Shown here one piece after another: positions 1 to 9,440 of a stretch of 64,000 nucleotides of DNA; the stretch's first letter is position 1; the number at the start of each line of letters is the position of its first letter. A model generated the notes under the pieces. The model worked only from the letters and a program-made list of their open reading frames with translations, was not told where the DNA came from and made no database searches. The DNA is from Planctomycetota bacterium (GTDB taxonomy: Bacteria; Planctomycetota; UBA1135; UBA2386): NCBI GenBank assembly GCA_046290465.1, contig JBKAGP010000001.1:5728001-5792000 (forward strand), in the 5' to 3' direction. A program made the translations under genes and the position numbers.

Positions 1-1125
1 GGTCGGTCCGCCGACGTCGCTGATGTGGCCCTTGAACTCCGGGTCGGCGGCCATCTGGCGCACCTCCTGGAGCACGGACTTCTGGCTGCGGCTCTGGATC
101 GCGCGGCCCTGGTGCATCGTGATCGAACAGAACGTGCAGCCGCCGAAGCAGCCGCGCATCGTCGTCACGCTGTCCTTGATCATCGTGTGCGCCGGGATCT
201 CCTCGCCCTGGTAGCGGGGGTGCGGTCGGCGCGTGTAGGCGTGGTCGTAGATCGAGTCCATGCCGCGCTCGTCGAGCGCCAGCGCCGGCGGGTTGACCAC
301 CAGCACGCGGTCGCCGTGGCGCTGGGTCAGGCGGCGGCCGTTCTTCGGGTTGGTCTCGTGGTGCAGCAGCCGGGTCGCCTCGGCGAACGCGCGCTTGTCG
401 GCCTTGATCTGCTCGAAGCTCGGCAGCTCGACGGTCTTGTTGTCGCTGGCCGCGTCGTGCCACTCGTGGGCCGGCAGCTCCTCCTTGGAGCCGAGCAGGT
501 AGGCGACGCCGCGCAGGTCGCGGCAGTCGGCGACGGTCTTGCCGTCGCGCAGCCGCGAGAGGATCTCGACGATCACCGATTCGCCCATGCCGAAGCCGAC
601 CAGGTCGGCCTTCGACGTGACCAGGATCGACGGCCGCACCGTCTCCGACCAGTAGTCGAAGTGCGCGACGCGGCGCAGCGAGGCTTCGACGCCGCCGGCG
701 ATCACCGGCACGTCCTTGAACGCCTCGCGACAGCGTTGCGCGTAGACGTTGGTGGCGCGGTCGGGGCGCAGCTCGATGCGGCCACCCGGCGAGTAGGCGT
801 CGTCGTTGCGACGCTTCTTGTTCGCCGTGTAGTGGTTGATCATCGAGTCCATGTTGCCGGCGCTGACCGCGAAGCAGAGGCGCGGCCGGCCGAACTCGCG
901 GAACGCGTCGGCCGTCTGCCACGCCGGCTGCGGCAGGATCGCGACGCGGAAGCCGTGGCTCTCGAGCACGCGGCCGAGCAGCGCCGCCGCGAACGACGGG
1001 TGGTCGACGTAGGCGTCTCCGGAGACGAACACGACGTCGACCTGGTCCCAGCCGCGCGCCTCCATCTCGGCGCGGGTGGTGGGCAGGAACGCGGTGGGCT
1101 CGGGCGTGCTGCAGGGGGAGGACAT
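1..1125 (-). CDS. ygiQ: YgiQ/UPF0313 family radical SAM protein, 5' part (runs off window start)
   Basis: Manual minus-strand translation from ATG at 1125: [34 protein letters not shown]...[27 protein letters not shown]...[17 protein letters not shown]. These are characteristic YgiQ N-terminal motifs. Confidence 0.9.
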   Translation of the reverse strand, partial: MSSPCSTPEPTAFLPTTRAEMEARGWDQVDVVFVSGDAYVDHPSFAAALLGRVLESHGFRVAILPQPAWQTADAFREFGRPRLCFAVSAGNMDSMINHYTANKKRRNDDAYSPGGRIELRPDRATNVYAQRCREAFKDVPVIAGGVEASLRRVAHFDYWSETVRPSILVTSKADLVGFGMGESVIVEILSRLRDGKTVADCRDLRGVAYLLGSKEELPAHEWHDAASDNKTVELPSFEQIKADKRAFAEATRLLHHETNPKNGRRLTQRHGDRVLVVNPPALALDERGMDSIYDHAYTRRPHPRYQGEEIPAHTMIKDSVTTMRGCFGGCTFCSITMHQGRAIQSRSQKSVLQEVRQMAADPEFKGHISDVGGPT

Positions 1126-1207
1126 CGGGGCGAAGATGGTAGCGGAATCGCGCGCGCGATGCCGTTCGCCTCGCCCCGGTCGCCTGGATGCGGGCCCCCG
1201 CGGGCGC

Positions 1208-2155
1208 TCAGTAGGCCGCGATCCAGCTGGTCTCGGTGGTCGTGATCGCGCCCGGCGCCAGCCACACCCCCTGCGAGAACAGCGTGATCGGGCGCACGGC
1301 GGCGGGGATCGGCAGGGTCTGCACGAACGAGGTCGGCGACAGGAACGTCACCAGGTCCGGGCTCGGCACCAGAGAACACGGCAGCACCACCGGGCTGTTG
1401 GGCCACGCGTAGTTGCCGAGGTAGACCGGCTGGGTCTGCAGGCCGAACACCGCGAACATCGAGCCGCCGAGCACGTTGCTGGTGCCGTAGTCGATGCCGC
1501 CGTCGAACCGCGGGGTGACGAAGTACGGGGCCGTCGCGCAGCCGCTGGCGATCGGTTGCACCAGCGTTTCCGCCGGGCGCAGCGTCATCGAGAACGACAC
1601 CCGGGACGACCCCGGCACGACGAGATCGAGGGCCAGCCGGCAGCGGATCGGGACCGGGGTGGGGCCGACCTGCAGCACGCTCGCGAGCGTCTGCTGGGTG
1701 AACTCGGTCAGCTCGAACGAGCCGTCGTCGAGCACGTCGATGGCCCGCGCCGGCGTCGCTGCGCCGTTGGGGGCGGCGGCGAACACCGTGGCGTCGAGTG
1801 CGACCGAGATCGGGGTGGGGTGGCTGACCATCAGCACCACGTCGAGCGGCGCCACGCTCGCCGATCCGGAGCCCGCCGTGAAGCACTCGGCGTTGAGGTT
1901 GACGCCGAACTGGGTCTCGCTCCCGGAGGTCACCCACGAGAAGAACGCCAGCCCGTTGTCGGCTGCGCCGCCGGCCGCGGCGGTGAGCGCGCCAATCGGG
2001 CTGAGCGGTCCGGTCGGGATCGTCGTGGTCTGCGTCTGCGGGCCGCCGGCGGCCGCCAGCGTGCCGCCGCTCGCGGCGAGCGTGACGTTGAGGTTCTGGG
2101 CGGAGAGGGATGCGGCCAGCAGCAGCGCGGCCACCGTCGGTACGGAGTGGTCCAT
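1208..2155 (-). CDS. Exported hypothetical protein with putative shared C-terminal domain
   Basis: Signal peptide [20 protein letters not shown]; beta-rich body; C-terminal [15 protein letters not shown] motif; GC3-rich codon use. Confidence 0.75.
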   Translation of the reverse strand: MDHSVPTVAALLLAASLSAQNLNVTLAASGGTLAAAGGPQTQTTTIPTGPLSPIGALTAAAGGAADNGLAFFSWVTSGSETQFGVNLNAECFTAGSGSASVAPLDVVLMVSHPTPISVALDATVFAAAPNGAATPARAIDVLDDGSFELTEFTQQTLASVLQVGPTPVPIRCRLALDLVVPGSSRVSFSMTLRPAETLVQPIASGCATAPYFVTPRFDGGIDYGTSNVLGGSMFAVFGLQTQPVYLGNYAWPNSPVVLPCSLVPSPDLVTFLSPTSFVQTLPIPAAVRPITLFSQGVWLAPGAITTTETSWIAAY

Positions 2156-2264
2156 GGGCAGGTTCGAGGGGTCGGGTCGCCGGAGAGGACGCAACGGCGG
2201 ATCTTCCGTCGGTTGCTAGGCCGTGTTCGCCGGCCGGTAACCGGCGCGCCCTCCGCAAAGCGCG

Positions 2265-2294
2265 GGGGCTTCCATCGCGATCGACGGAAGCCCC
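2265..2294. terminator. GC-rich stem-loop between two co-directional genes (terminator or RNA structure)
   Basis: GGGGCTTCC (2265-2273) and GGAAGCCCC (2286-2294) form a perfect 9-bp inverted repeat. No U-tract is present. Confidence 0.35.
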
Positions 2295-2361
2295 TATGCC
2301 CGAAGGTCTACTGTGCGCGAGGGTTCGCACCCGAACGCGCGCGCGCACCCACCCCGTCGCG

Positions 2362-3933
2362 TCAGTTGCCGAGCGTGCCTTCGACCGCGTTCGACACGAT
2401 CAGGTTGGCCGGGTTGCTCAGGCTCAGCGCGATCGACTGGGCCGACACCGGCGTGCCGGCGAACGCCGGCAGGTTGGGCAGCGTCCAGGTCACCGTCGCG
2501 ACGCCGCCGTTGGCGACACCGGTCAGGGTCGTCGGCGCGGTTGCCAGGTGGATCTCGCAGCCCGGCGCATGGAGGCCGATGGCGGTCATCGGGATCGAGA
2601 CCGGCGAACGGTCCCCGAACACGGTGATCGCGATCGGCGAGACCGGGTCGATGTTCGCCGTGGTCAGGTCCCACGCGCTGCCGAGCACCGGCAGGCTGCC
2701 GCTCAGCGTCATGCTGTCCGAGAACGGCGCGATGCCGGTCGTGAACAGCTGCGGGCCGAGGTTGACCAGGTCGGAGAAGTCGATGCCGCCGAGGTCCCCG
2801 GCGTCGAAGCCCGGCGTCACGCCGGTCAGCGCGTCGGCCAGCGAGCAGGTGCCGTAGCGGACCTCGAGGATGCCGGTATCGAACAGCACGACCTGCACGG
2901 TGTTGGCGCCGGTGCTGCTGTACTCGGGCACGTTGCTGAACGTGATGCGGAACTCGTTGCTGCTGACCGCCTCGAGGTGGATGGTGCCGCCGCTCGACGG
3001 GTTCAGGTCGTCCCACAGGAACGCCAGCCGCGGGAACTGGCTAAGGAACTCCGCGACGGTCTCGGTGTAGTCCGCATTCGTCACGGTCGGGTCGAAGCTG
3101 AGCCAGCCGTTGGAGCACAGCGCGATGTCGCTGATGTCGCCGTGCGGGCTCGGCATCGTGAAGCCGAGCGGCACGACCTGGACCTGGTCGTCGCCGAAGC
3201 TGGTCGCCGCGCCGGTCGGCGTGACGAACGCCTGGGCACCGTCGAGCAGCAGGTAGCCGTCGCCGGTCCAGATGTAGGTGTGGCCGGTGTCGCTGAGGTC
3301 GAACGCGCTGTGCAGTTCGTACTGCGCGTCGCCGACGTCGTTGCCGCCGCAGCCGGCGCCGTACTCGACGATGTCGGCGAACGTGCAGCCGGTGCCGGTG
3401 GTGTCGCCCACGTCGTAGTAGATGTTGCCGTTCCAGATGCGCGGGTTGAAGTTGGACAGGAACGCGTACGACAGGCCGGCGCCCTCGTAGATCTCCAGGT
3501 CGGCGCTGGACGCGTAGAGCGCGCCGGTGGTGGTGCCGTTGGTGTAGTTCATCGCCGACCCGTTGGTGACGGTCACGTAGAACGCCTGGGTGGTGCCGCT
3601 GGGGATGAACGTCTCGACGCAGATCGGCAGCTGGGTCGGCATGTCCAGGCCGGCGCTGACGACGCCGGTCGCGCTGCCGACCAGGGTCCAGGCCGAAGCG
3701 GTGTTGACCGAGGGCGCGTAGCTGCCGGGCGTGCTCTGCACGTAGACCTCGAGGTCCCAGGTGCCGGGATCGAGGCTGACGTCGAACGTGCGGACCGTGA
3801 CGCCGGCGGCGTTGGTCGCGACCAGGTCGAACATGTTGCCCGCCTGGCCGTTGTTGCTGGCGAACAGGGTGGTGAGGGGGGACTGGGCGGCGATCGCGGA
3901 CGCGAGCGCTGCCACCGACAGGAAGGTGCGCAT
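2362..3933 (-). CDS. Exported multi-domain beta-rich protein (nidogen-like middle domain, shared C-terminal domain)
   Basis: Signal MRTFLSVAALASAIAA|Q; DDQVQVVPLGF...SNGWLSF...LAFLWDDLNP...FRITFSNV resembles NIDO-type domains; YGAGC motif; C-terminal LPNLPAFAGTPVSAQ. Confidence 0.8.
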   Translation of the reverse strand: MRTFLSVAALASAIAAQSPLTTLFASNNGQAGNMFDLVATNAAGVTVRTFDVSLDPGTWDLEVYVQSTPGSYAPSVNTASAWTLVGSATGVVSAGLDMPTQLPICVETFIPSGTTQAFYVTVTNGSAMNYTNGTTTGALYASSADLEIYEGAGLSYAFLSNFNPRIWNGNIYYDVGDTTGTGCTFADIVEYGAGCGGNDVGDAQYELHSAFDLSDTGHTYIWTGDGYLLLDGAQAFVTPTGAATSFGDDQVQVVPLGFTMPSPHGDISDIALCSNGWLSFDPTVTNADYTETVAEFLSQFPRLAFLWDDLNPSSGGTIHLEAVSSNEFRITFSNVPEYSSTGANTVQVVLFDTGILEVRYGTCSLADALTGVTPGFDAGDLGGIDFSDLVNLGPQLFTTGIAPFSDSMTLSGSLPVLGSAWDLTTANIDPVSPIAITVFGDRSPVSIPMTAIGLHAPGCEIHLATAPTTLTGVANGGVATVTWTLPNLPAFAGTPVSAQSIALSLSNPANLIVSNAVEGTLGN

Positions 3934-4064
3934 GGGGACTCGGGGAGGTTACGAGGTGTCGACACAGCGTAGACGCGAGGTGGTCGTCGTCCAGTGCGGC
4001 GGCGCTTCGCGATCGCCACCGTCGAGGTCGACGCCGGCCCGTTCGCTCCCCTAGCATCGGGGCG

Positions 4065-4930
4065 ATGCCGTCGCTGCGACTCGTCGTCACCCACCCGGGT
4101 GGAGCCCACAAGGATGACCTGCTCGCGTGCTGCGTGCTGATCAGCAGGTTCGGCTGCGCGATCGAGCGGCGCGAGCCGACCGCTGCCGACCTCGCCGACG
4201 AGGCGGTCGCCGTGGTGGACGTCGGCGGCGAGCACGAGCCGGCGCGCCATAACTACGACCACCACCACTTCCCGCGCGAGCACCCGCCGACCTGTGCGCT
4301 CAGCCTCGTGCTCGACGCGATCGGCGTCTACGACGACGCCCGCACGTTCTGCGACTGGTTGGAGCCGGCCGAGTGGTTCGATTCGCGCGGGCCGAAGAAG
4401 ACCGCCGAGTGGCTCGGCGTGCCGCGCCGCGCGGTGTCACAGCTGCACTCGCCGATCGACGGCACGCTGCTGCGTCGGTTCGCCGCGTCGAACGCGCACC
4501 GCCCCGGCGAGGTCGTCTACGAGTACATGAAGCTCGTCGGCGACGACCTGCTGGCCTACCTGCGCGACGTTCGCGCCGGCATCGAACGCGTCGACGCGGT
4601 CTGCGAGCGGTGGGCCGTCGACGCGCACGGCGAGGTCGTCGAGACCGTGTTCGTGCCGCGCAGCGACGATGCGCTCGACGATCCGTCCGCCAACGCCGCC
4701 CGCTACGTGCGCGCCATGGGCCTCGAGCACCGGATCGGCGCGTTGGTCTATCCCGACCGCCGCGGCGACGGCTACGGCATCGCCCGCTACGAGGACGACC
4801 CGCGCCTCGACTTCTCCCGCGTCGAACGCGAGCCCGACGTTCGCTTCGCCCACGTCAGCGGCTTCGTCTGCAAGACCGACGCCACCGACCCCGATCGCCT
4901 GCGCGAACTGATCCGAGCCGCCGTCATCCC
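4065..4930 (+). CDS. MYG1-family (DHH-like) metal-dependent hydrolase/exonuclease; true 3' end unclear (frame open to 6305)
   Basis: VVTHPGGAHKDDLLAC, VVDVGGEH, NYDHH, RFAHVSGFVCKT. The homologous part ends near ELIRAA (~4925) but no stop follows. Confidence 0.75.
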
Positions 4931-4946
4931 CGGCACCGAACGCGAC

Positions 4947-5008
4947 GTACGCGGTCTCAACGCTCGCGAGCGCGAGCGCTCGCGAACGTTGGAGGATGGA
5001 CCGCGTAC
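4947..5008. repeat. Long imperfect palindrome (REP/MITE-like hairpin) between convergent genes
   Basis: Outer arms GTACGCGGTC / GACCGCGTAC (perfect 10 bp); inner arms CAACGCTCGCGAGCGC / GCGCTCGCGAACGTTG (1 mismatch). Confidence 0.65.
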
Positions 5009-5027
5009 CGTACCGCTACTTTGCGGG

Positions 5028-6197
5028 TTACTGGTCGCGCAGGGCCTGGAGCAGTTCCTGCATGCGGCGGTGGAGCTGGTCGGCTTGCTCGACGTCGCCC
5101 GATTCGATCAGCGAGCGCATGCCGGCGAAGCCGGAGGCGACCGAGAAGCCGGAGACGGTCGTGGTGCCGTCGGAGCTGGTCCAGTGGAACTCCTGGGCGG
5201 TGACGTGCTCGCCCGAGACCAGGCGGCGCTTCAGCTGCAGGAAGTCGGCGAGCTCGTCGCGTTCGGTCGGGGTCAGGTCCTCGCCGTGGCGCGCCAGCAC
5301 CGCCTGCACCGGTGGCTCCGGTCGGGATCGCTGCACCAGCTGCGGGACCTCTTGCCCGCGGCGCGATCGCTGCAGTGGCGGTTCGGGCTGGTCCGCCGGC
5401 GCCGGCCTCGGAGAGCCCAATTGCGGAGAGCCCAACTGCGACGAGCCCTGCTGCGACGAGCCCTGCTGCGAGTCTGGCTGCCTCTTTGCTGGCGGAGCCG
5501 CAGCAGACCGTGCACCCGGCTCGCGCGGCGGCTGCGGCATCGGCGCCCGTTCCCCCAGGCGGCGCCAGTCGGCGCCGTCGCGCTCCAGCGCCCGGCCGAG
5601 GTCCAGCACCAGCGCGGCGAGTTCGTGCTCGGCGCTGTGTTCGGGCGTCGCGGCGAGCACCCGTCGGGCGCGGGCGCGCAGGTCGAACAGGTCGAGCTGG
5701 CTCTCGAGCAGCGGCCGGCGCTGCCGCGGCGGCAGGTCGGCGGCGATCGTCAGGTCGCCGAGCACGCGCCGGCTGGTCGCCGCGAACGCCGCATCGCCGT
5801 GCGACGGCTGCAGCGGCGAGGCGTCGGTGGCGGGGCCGGCGTCGCCGCCCATGTGGTAGCCGATCGCCCAGAACAGGCCGAGCAGCGCTGCGGCCAGCAG
5901 CCAGCGCAGGCCGCGGTCGGACGCGGCTGTGCCGTCGAGCGCCGCGACCCGGTCGCGCCGCCGCTGCTGCGTCGCCGCGAGCACGCGTGCGCCGAGGTCC
6001 GCGGCGTGGCGGTGCGGCGGCAGGTTGTGGGTCGCGCGGGCGAGGCGTTCGGTCTCGCGCAGGTTGCGCAGGCACGACGGACAGCCCCGCAGGTGCCGCT
6101 GCAGCGCGGCGCGGCGCGGCGCGTCGAGGCGGCCGTCGAGGAACGCCGAGCTCAGTTCGTGCGCGCGGCGGCAGACGTCGGGTCGCGAACGCGTCAT
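5028..6197 (-). CDS. Zinc-finger (zf-HC2) transmembrane anti-sigma factor
   Basis: C...LSSAFLDGRL...HLRGCPSC (HxxxCxxC), TM helix WLLAAALLGLFWAIGY; start overlaps the sigma stop (ATGA). Confidence 0.85.
   Translation of the reverse strand: MTRSRPDVCRRAHELSSAFLDGRLDAPRRAALQRHLRGCPSCLRNLRETERLARATHNLPPHRHAADLGARVLAATQQRRRDRVAALDGTAASDRGLRWLLAAALLGLFWAIGYHMGGDAGPATDASPLQPSHGDAAFAATSRRVLGDLTIAADLPPRQRRPLLESQLDLFDLRARARRVLAATPEHSAEHELAALVLDLGRALERDGADWRRLGERAPMPQPPREPGARSAAAPPAKRQPDSQQGSSQQGSSQLGSPQLGSPRPAPADQPEPPLQRSRRGQEVPQLVQRSRPEPPVQAVLARHGEDLTPTERDELADFLQLKRRLVSGEHVTAQEFHWTSSDGTTTVSGFSVASGFAGMRSLIESGDVEQADQLHRRMQELLQALRDQ
5413..5472. repeat. 4 x 15-bp tandem repeat inside the anti-sigma gene (SQQGS/SQLGS/PQLGS)
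   Basis: gagcccaattgcgga gagcccaactgcgac gagccctgctgcgac gagccctgctgcgag. Confidence 0.85.
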
Positions 6198-6781
6198 CGC
6201 TCGAGGTGCTCCTGCAGGAGGGCCCGCAGCTGCTGCCGCGCGCGGTGCAGCCGGCTGGACACGGTCTTGGCGGAGATCGACAGCACGGCGGCGATCTCCT
6301 CGTAACTCAGCCCCTCGCCGTCGCGCAGCAGAAACACGGTGCGGAACGTCTCGGGCAGTTCCTGCAGCGCATCCTCGAGCGCGACCTGGAACTCGCGGTG
6401 CTCGGCGGTGGTCACGGCCGCGGGGGCGGCGGCGTCGCGCGCTGCCGCGGCGTCGTTGCGGCGGCGGTGGCGGCCCTCGCGCCGCAGCAGGTCGAGCGCC
6501 AGGTTGCGCGCGATGCGGAACAGCCAGACCGCCATCGGCCAGCGGTCGTCGAAGCGGTGCGCGTCGCGCAGCGCGCGCACCAGCACCTCTTGCAGCAGGT
6601 CGTCGGCCCACGCGTGGTCGCGCACGATGCGCACCAGCAGGCCCTGCACGCGCTCACCGAAGCGGGCCACGAACGCGTCGACCGCGGCCGCGTCGCCGCG
6701 GCTGGCGAGGTCGAGCAGCTGCTCGTCGCGGACGTCGCTCCAGGCGTCGTCGCGATGGTGCGTTCCCCGGTGGGGCTGCAT
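6194..6781 (-). CDS. ECF RNA polymerase sigma-70 factor
   Basis: ADDLLQEVLVRA...WLFRIARNLALDLLRR (region 2); LPETFRTVFLLRDGEGLSYEEIAAVLSISAKTVSSRLHRAR (region 4). Confidence 0.95.
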   Translation of the reverse strand: MQPHRGTHHRDDAWSDVRDEQLLDLASRGDAAAVDAFVARFGERVQGLLVRIVRDHAWADDLLQEVLVRALRDAHRFDDRWPMAVWLFRIARNLALDLLRREGRHRRRNDAAAARDAAAPAAVTTAEHREFQVALEDALQELPETFRTVFLLRDGEGLSYEEIAAVLSISAKTVSSRLHRARQQLRALLQEHLER

Positions 6782-6785
6782 GCGC

Positions 6786-7319
6786 TCAGCGTAGCCGGCG
6801 ACGCGGTTGCAGGCGGCCCCGCTGGCGGTCGGCGGCACGCCGGTCGGCGGCGCCACGGCCGCCCGCCCCCTTCGCATCGCGCCCCTTGGACGAGCGACCG
6901 CTGGACGCCCTGCGGGCCTTGCGATCGGCCTTGCGATCGAACTCGCGGTCGACCTTGCGCTCGAACTGCTGCTTCATGCGGCCGAGCTCGCGCTCCATCT
7001 CCTGCTTCATGCGCCGCATCATCTCGTCCGCGTCGACGGCCGGCGCGGGGCGGCGGCCGGCGCCACCGGGCAGCGGGCGACCGGCGCCACCGACCGGGCC
7101 GCCGTTCTCGCGGCGCTCGTCGACGACCTTGCGGCCGTTCTTCACGACCACCCGATGCGTGACCGTGTGCGACTTGCGGCCGCCGCCGTCGCTGCGCGCC
7201 TCGGCGCGAGCCTCGGCCCGGGCCTCCGACGTCTCTGGGGTGGGCTTCTGGGCGTAGGCGGCGGCGGCGCACGCGGCCAGGGCGAACAGGAACGAACAGG
7301 CTCTCGTCGGCATCGTCAT
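6786..7319 (-). CDS. Small exported hypothetical protein, first gene of the ECF operon
   Basis: Signal ...FLFALAACAAAAYA|Q; Met/Arg/Glu-rich helix DEMMRRMKQEMERELGRMKQQFER; ends 4 bp before the sigma start. Confidence 0.7.
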   Translation of the reverse strand: MTMPTRACSFLFALAACAAAAYAQKPTPETSEARAEARAEARSDGGGRKSHTVTHRVVVKNGRKVVDERRENGGPVGGAGRPLPGGAGRRPAPAVDADEMMRRMKQEMERELGRMKQQFERKVDREFDRKADRKARRASSGRSSKGRDAKGAGGRGAADRRAADRQRGRLQPRRRLR

Positions 7320-7497
7320 GATCGGGTTCTTGCGGAGGGGTCGGGCAACCTGCCTACGCCGCGGCCTGCATGCGTGCCCCGCACGCGCGGCTGGAATCTC
7401 GCCCGGGCACCGCGACCACAGCCCTTTTGCTGGCCCCGCCTGGGCCAAGGTGCGAAGCTGGGTCAAGTCGTCGCTCCGGGCTCGCCGATGTTGGCCC

Positions 7498-9438
7498 GTG
7501 GCGCATCCCGAACCAGGTGGAACCGAGTTGCTCGAAGCCGAGAACCGCAGCCTGATCGAGTCGCTGCAGCTGCGGCTGCTGGAGTCGACTCCTGACCTGC
7601 TGGCGATCGCATCCAAGGAAGGCCGCTTCCTGTGGGTGTCCGCCGCGTGGACCGAGGCGCTCGGCTGGTCGGCGGAGGAGCTGATGGCGTCGCCGTTCCT
7701 CGACTTCGTCGTCGAGTCGGACCGCGAGGCGACCATGGCGGAGTTCGCCGAGATGATCCGCGAGGGCCGCAGCGCGCTGCAGTTCCAGAACCGCTACCGG
7801 CAGCGGGACGGCGGCTGCCGCTGGCTCGAGTGGAACGCGAACGTCGTCGACGACGGCCACGTGCTGTGCGTCGCGCGCGACATCACCGACCGCAAGGAGA
7901 CCGAGCAGCGCGCCAGCGAACGGCTGCGCCAGCTGCAGATGACCGAGGAGCTGGTGGCGCTCGGATCCTGGCGCGTCGACATAGAGGAGGGGCTGCCGTA
8001 CTGGTCGCCGATGGTCTACCAGATCCACGGCCGCGACCCCGAGACCTACCGGCCCAGCCTTGAGGAGGCGATCGACGCCTACCATGTCGAGGACCGCCAG
8101 CGGGTCGCCGACTACGTCGGTGGCGCGATCGAGCGACGCGAGCCGTTCGACTTCGAGGCGCGCATCGTGCGGCCGTGCGGCGAGGTCCGGCTGGTGCACT
8201 CGCGCGGCGTGCCCGAGGTCGACGACGACGGCGAGGTCGTGTCGCTGTTCGGCATCTTCCGCGACATCACCGACGAGCGCCGCATCGAGGAGACCGTGCG
8301 TCGCTCGGAGCGCATGGCGTCGATCGGCACGATGGCGGCCGGCATCGCGCACGAGATCAACAACCCGCTCAGCTACGTGCTCGGCAACCTGCAGCTGCTG
8401 CAGGAGGATCTCTGCGAGCTGCAGCGCACGGTCGGCGACCAGGTGCTGTCGGGCATGCGGGAGATGCTCGAGGACTCGGTGGCCGGCGCGCAGCGGATCC
8501 GCAAGATCGTCGACGGGGTGCGTTCGTTCACGCGGGTCGAAGCGGCGCGGGCCGGGCCGGTCGACGTCAACGAGGCGGTGCACGCGGCGGTCGCGTTCGC
8601 CGAACACGAGATCAAGGTGCGCGCGGTGCTGTCGCTGGAGCTGGCGGCCCGCAACCTGGTGCTGATCGACGAGACCCAGCTGGTGCAGGTGCTGGTCAAC
8701 CTGCTGATCAACGCGGCGCAGGCCTTGCCCGCCGGCAGCGCCTCCGAGCACCGCATCCGGATCGCGACCGAGGACGACGGCGACTGCGTGTCGCTGTGCG
8801 TCTCCGACACCGGCCCCGGCGTGCCCGCCGAACTGCACGGCCGGATCTTCGACCCGTTCTTCACGACCAAGCCGGTCGGCAACGGCACCGGGCTTGGCCT
8901 TTCGATCTGCCACACGATCGTCGAGCAGTGCGGCGGCTCGATCGCGCTCGAGCCGAGCGAGGCCGGCGCCTGCTTCCGGGTGCGGCTGCCGGTCGCCGAA
9001 CGGACCGTCGACCGCGACGACGACGCCGTCGACGTGCCCGACGGCGGTGGCGGTCTGCCGACGCTGCTGGTCGTCGACGACGAGCCGGCGGTGCTCAAGA
9101 TGGTCTCGCGCGCGCTCCGCCGTCAGTTCGTGGTGCAGCAGGCGCGCAGCGGCCGCGAGGCGATCGAACGGCTCGGGTCGGGCCTCGTGGTCGACCTGAT
9201 CCTCTGCGACTTGATGATGCCGGAGGTCTCCGGCATGGACGTGCTGCAGCACCTGCGCGAGCAGCACCAGGAGCTGGTGCCGCGGTTCGTGTTCGCGACC
9301 GGCGGCAACTTCGCGCCCGAGGCGCGCGCACAGCTCGAACAGGAAGGGGTCGAACTGGTGCGCAAGCCGATCGACGTCGCCAACCTGCGCGAGCGCCTCG
9401 AGTCGCTGCTCGGTGCGCTCGGCCGACGGCCCGCCTAG
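7498..9438 (+). CDS. Cytoplasmic PAS-PAS hybrid histidine kinase/receiver
   Basis: Two PAS/PAC domains; H-box AGIAHEINNPL; QVLVNLLINAAQA; DTGPG; FDPFFTTKPVGNGTGLGL; REC LVVDDE...CDLMMP...KP. The start (GTG 7498) is uncertain. Confidence 0.92.
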   Translation: MAHPEPGGTELLEAENRSLIESLQLRLLESTPDLLAIASKEGRFLWVSAAWTEALGWSAEELMASPFLDFVVESDREATMAEFAEMIREGRSALQFQNRYRQRDGGCRWLEWNANVVDDGHVLCVARDITDRKETEQRASERLRQLQMTEELVALGSWRVDIEEGLPYWSPMVYQIHGRDPETYRPSLEEAIDAYHVEDRQRVADYVGGAIERREPFDFEARIVRPCGEVRLVHSRGVPEVDDDGEVVSLFGIFRDITDERRIEETVRRSERMASIGTMAAGIAHEINNPLSYVLGNLQLLQEDLCELQRTVGDQVLSGMREMLEDSVAGAQRIRKIVDGVRSFTRVEAARAGPVDVNEAVHAAVAFAEHEIKVRAVLSLELAARNLVLIDETQLVQVLVNLLINAAQALPAGSASEHRIRIATEDDGDCVSLCVSDTGPGVPAELHGRIFDPFFTTKPVGNGTGLGLSICHTIVEQCGGSIALEPSEAGACFRVRLPVAERTVDRDDDAVDVPDGGGGLPTLLVVDDEPAVLKMVSRALRRQFVVQQARSGREAIERLGSGLVVDLILCDLMMPEVSGMDVLQHLREQHQELVPRFVFATGGNFAPEARAQLEQEGVELVRKPIDVANLRERLESLLGALGRRPA

Positions 9439-9440
9439 CG

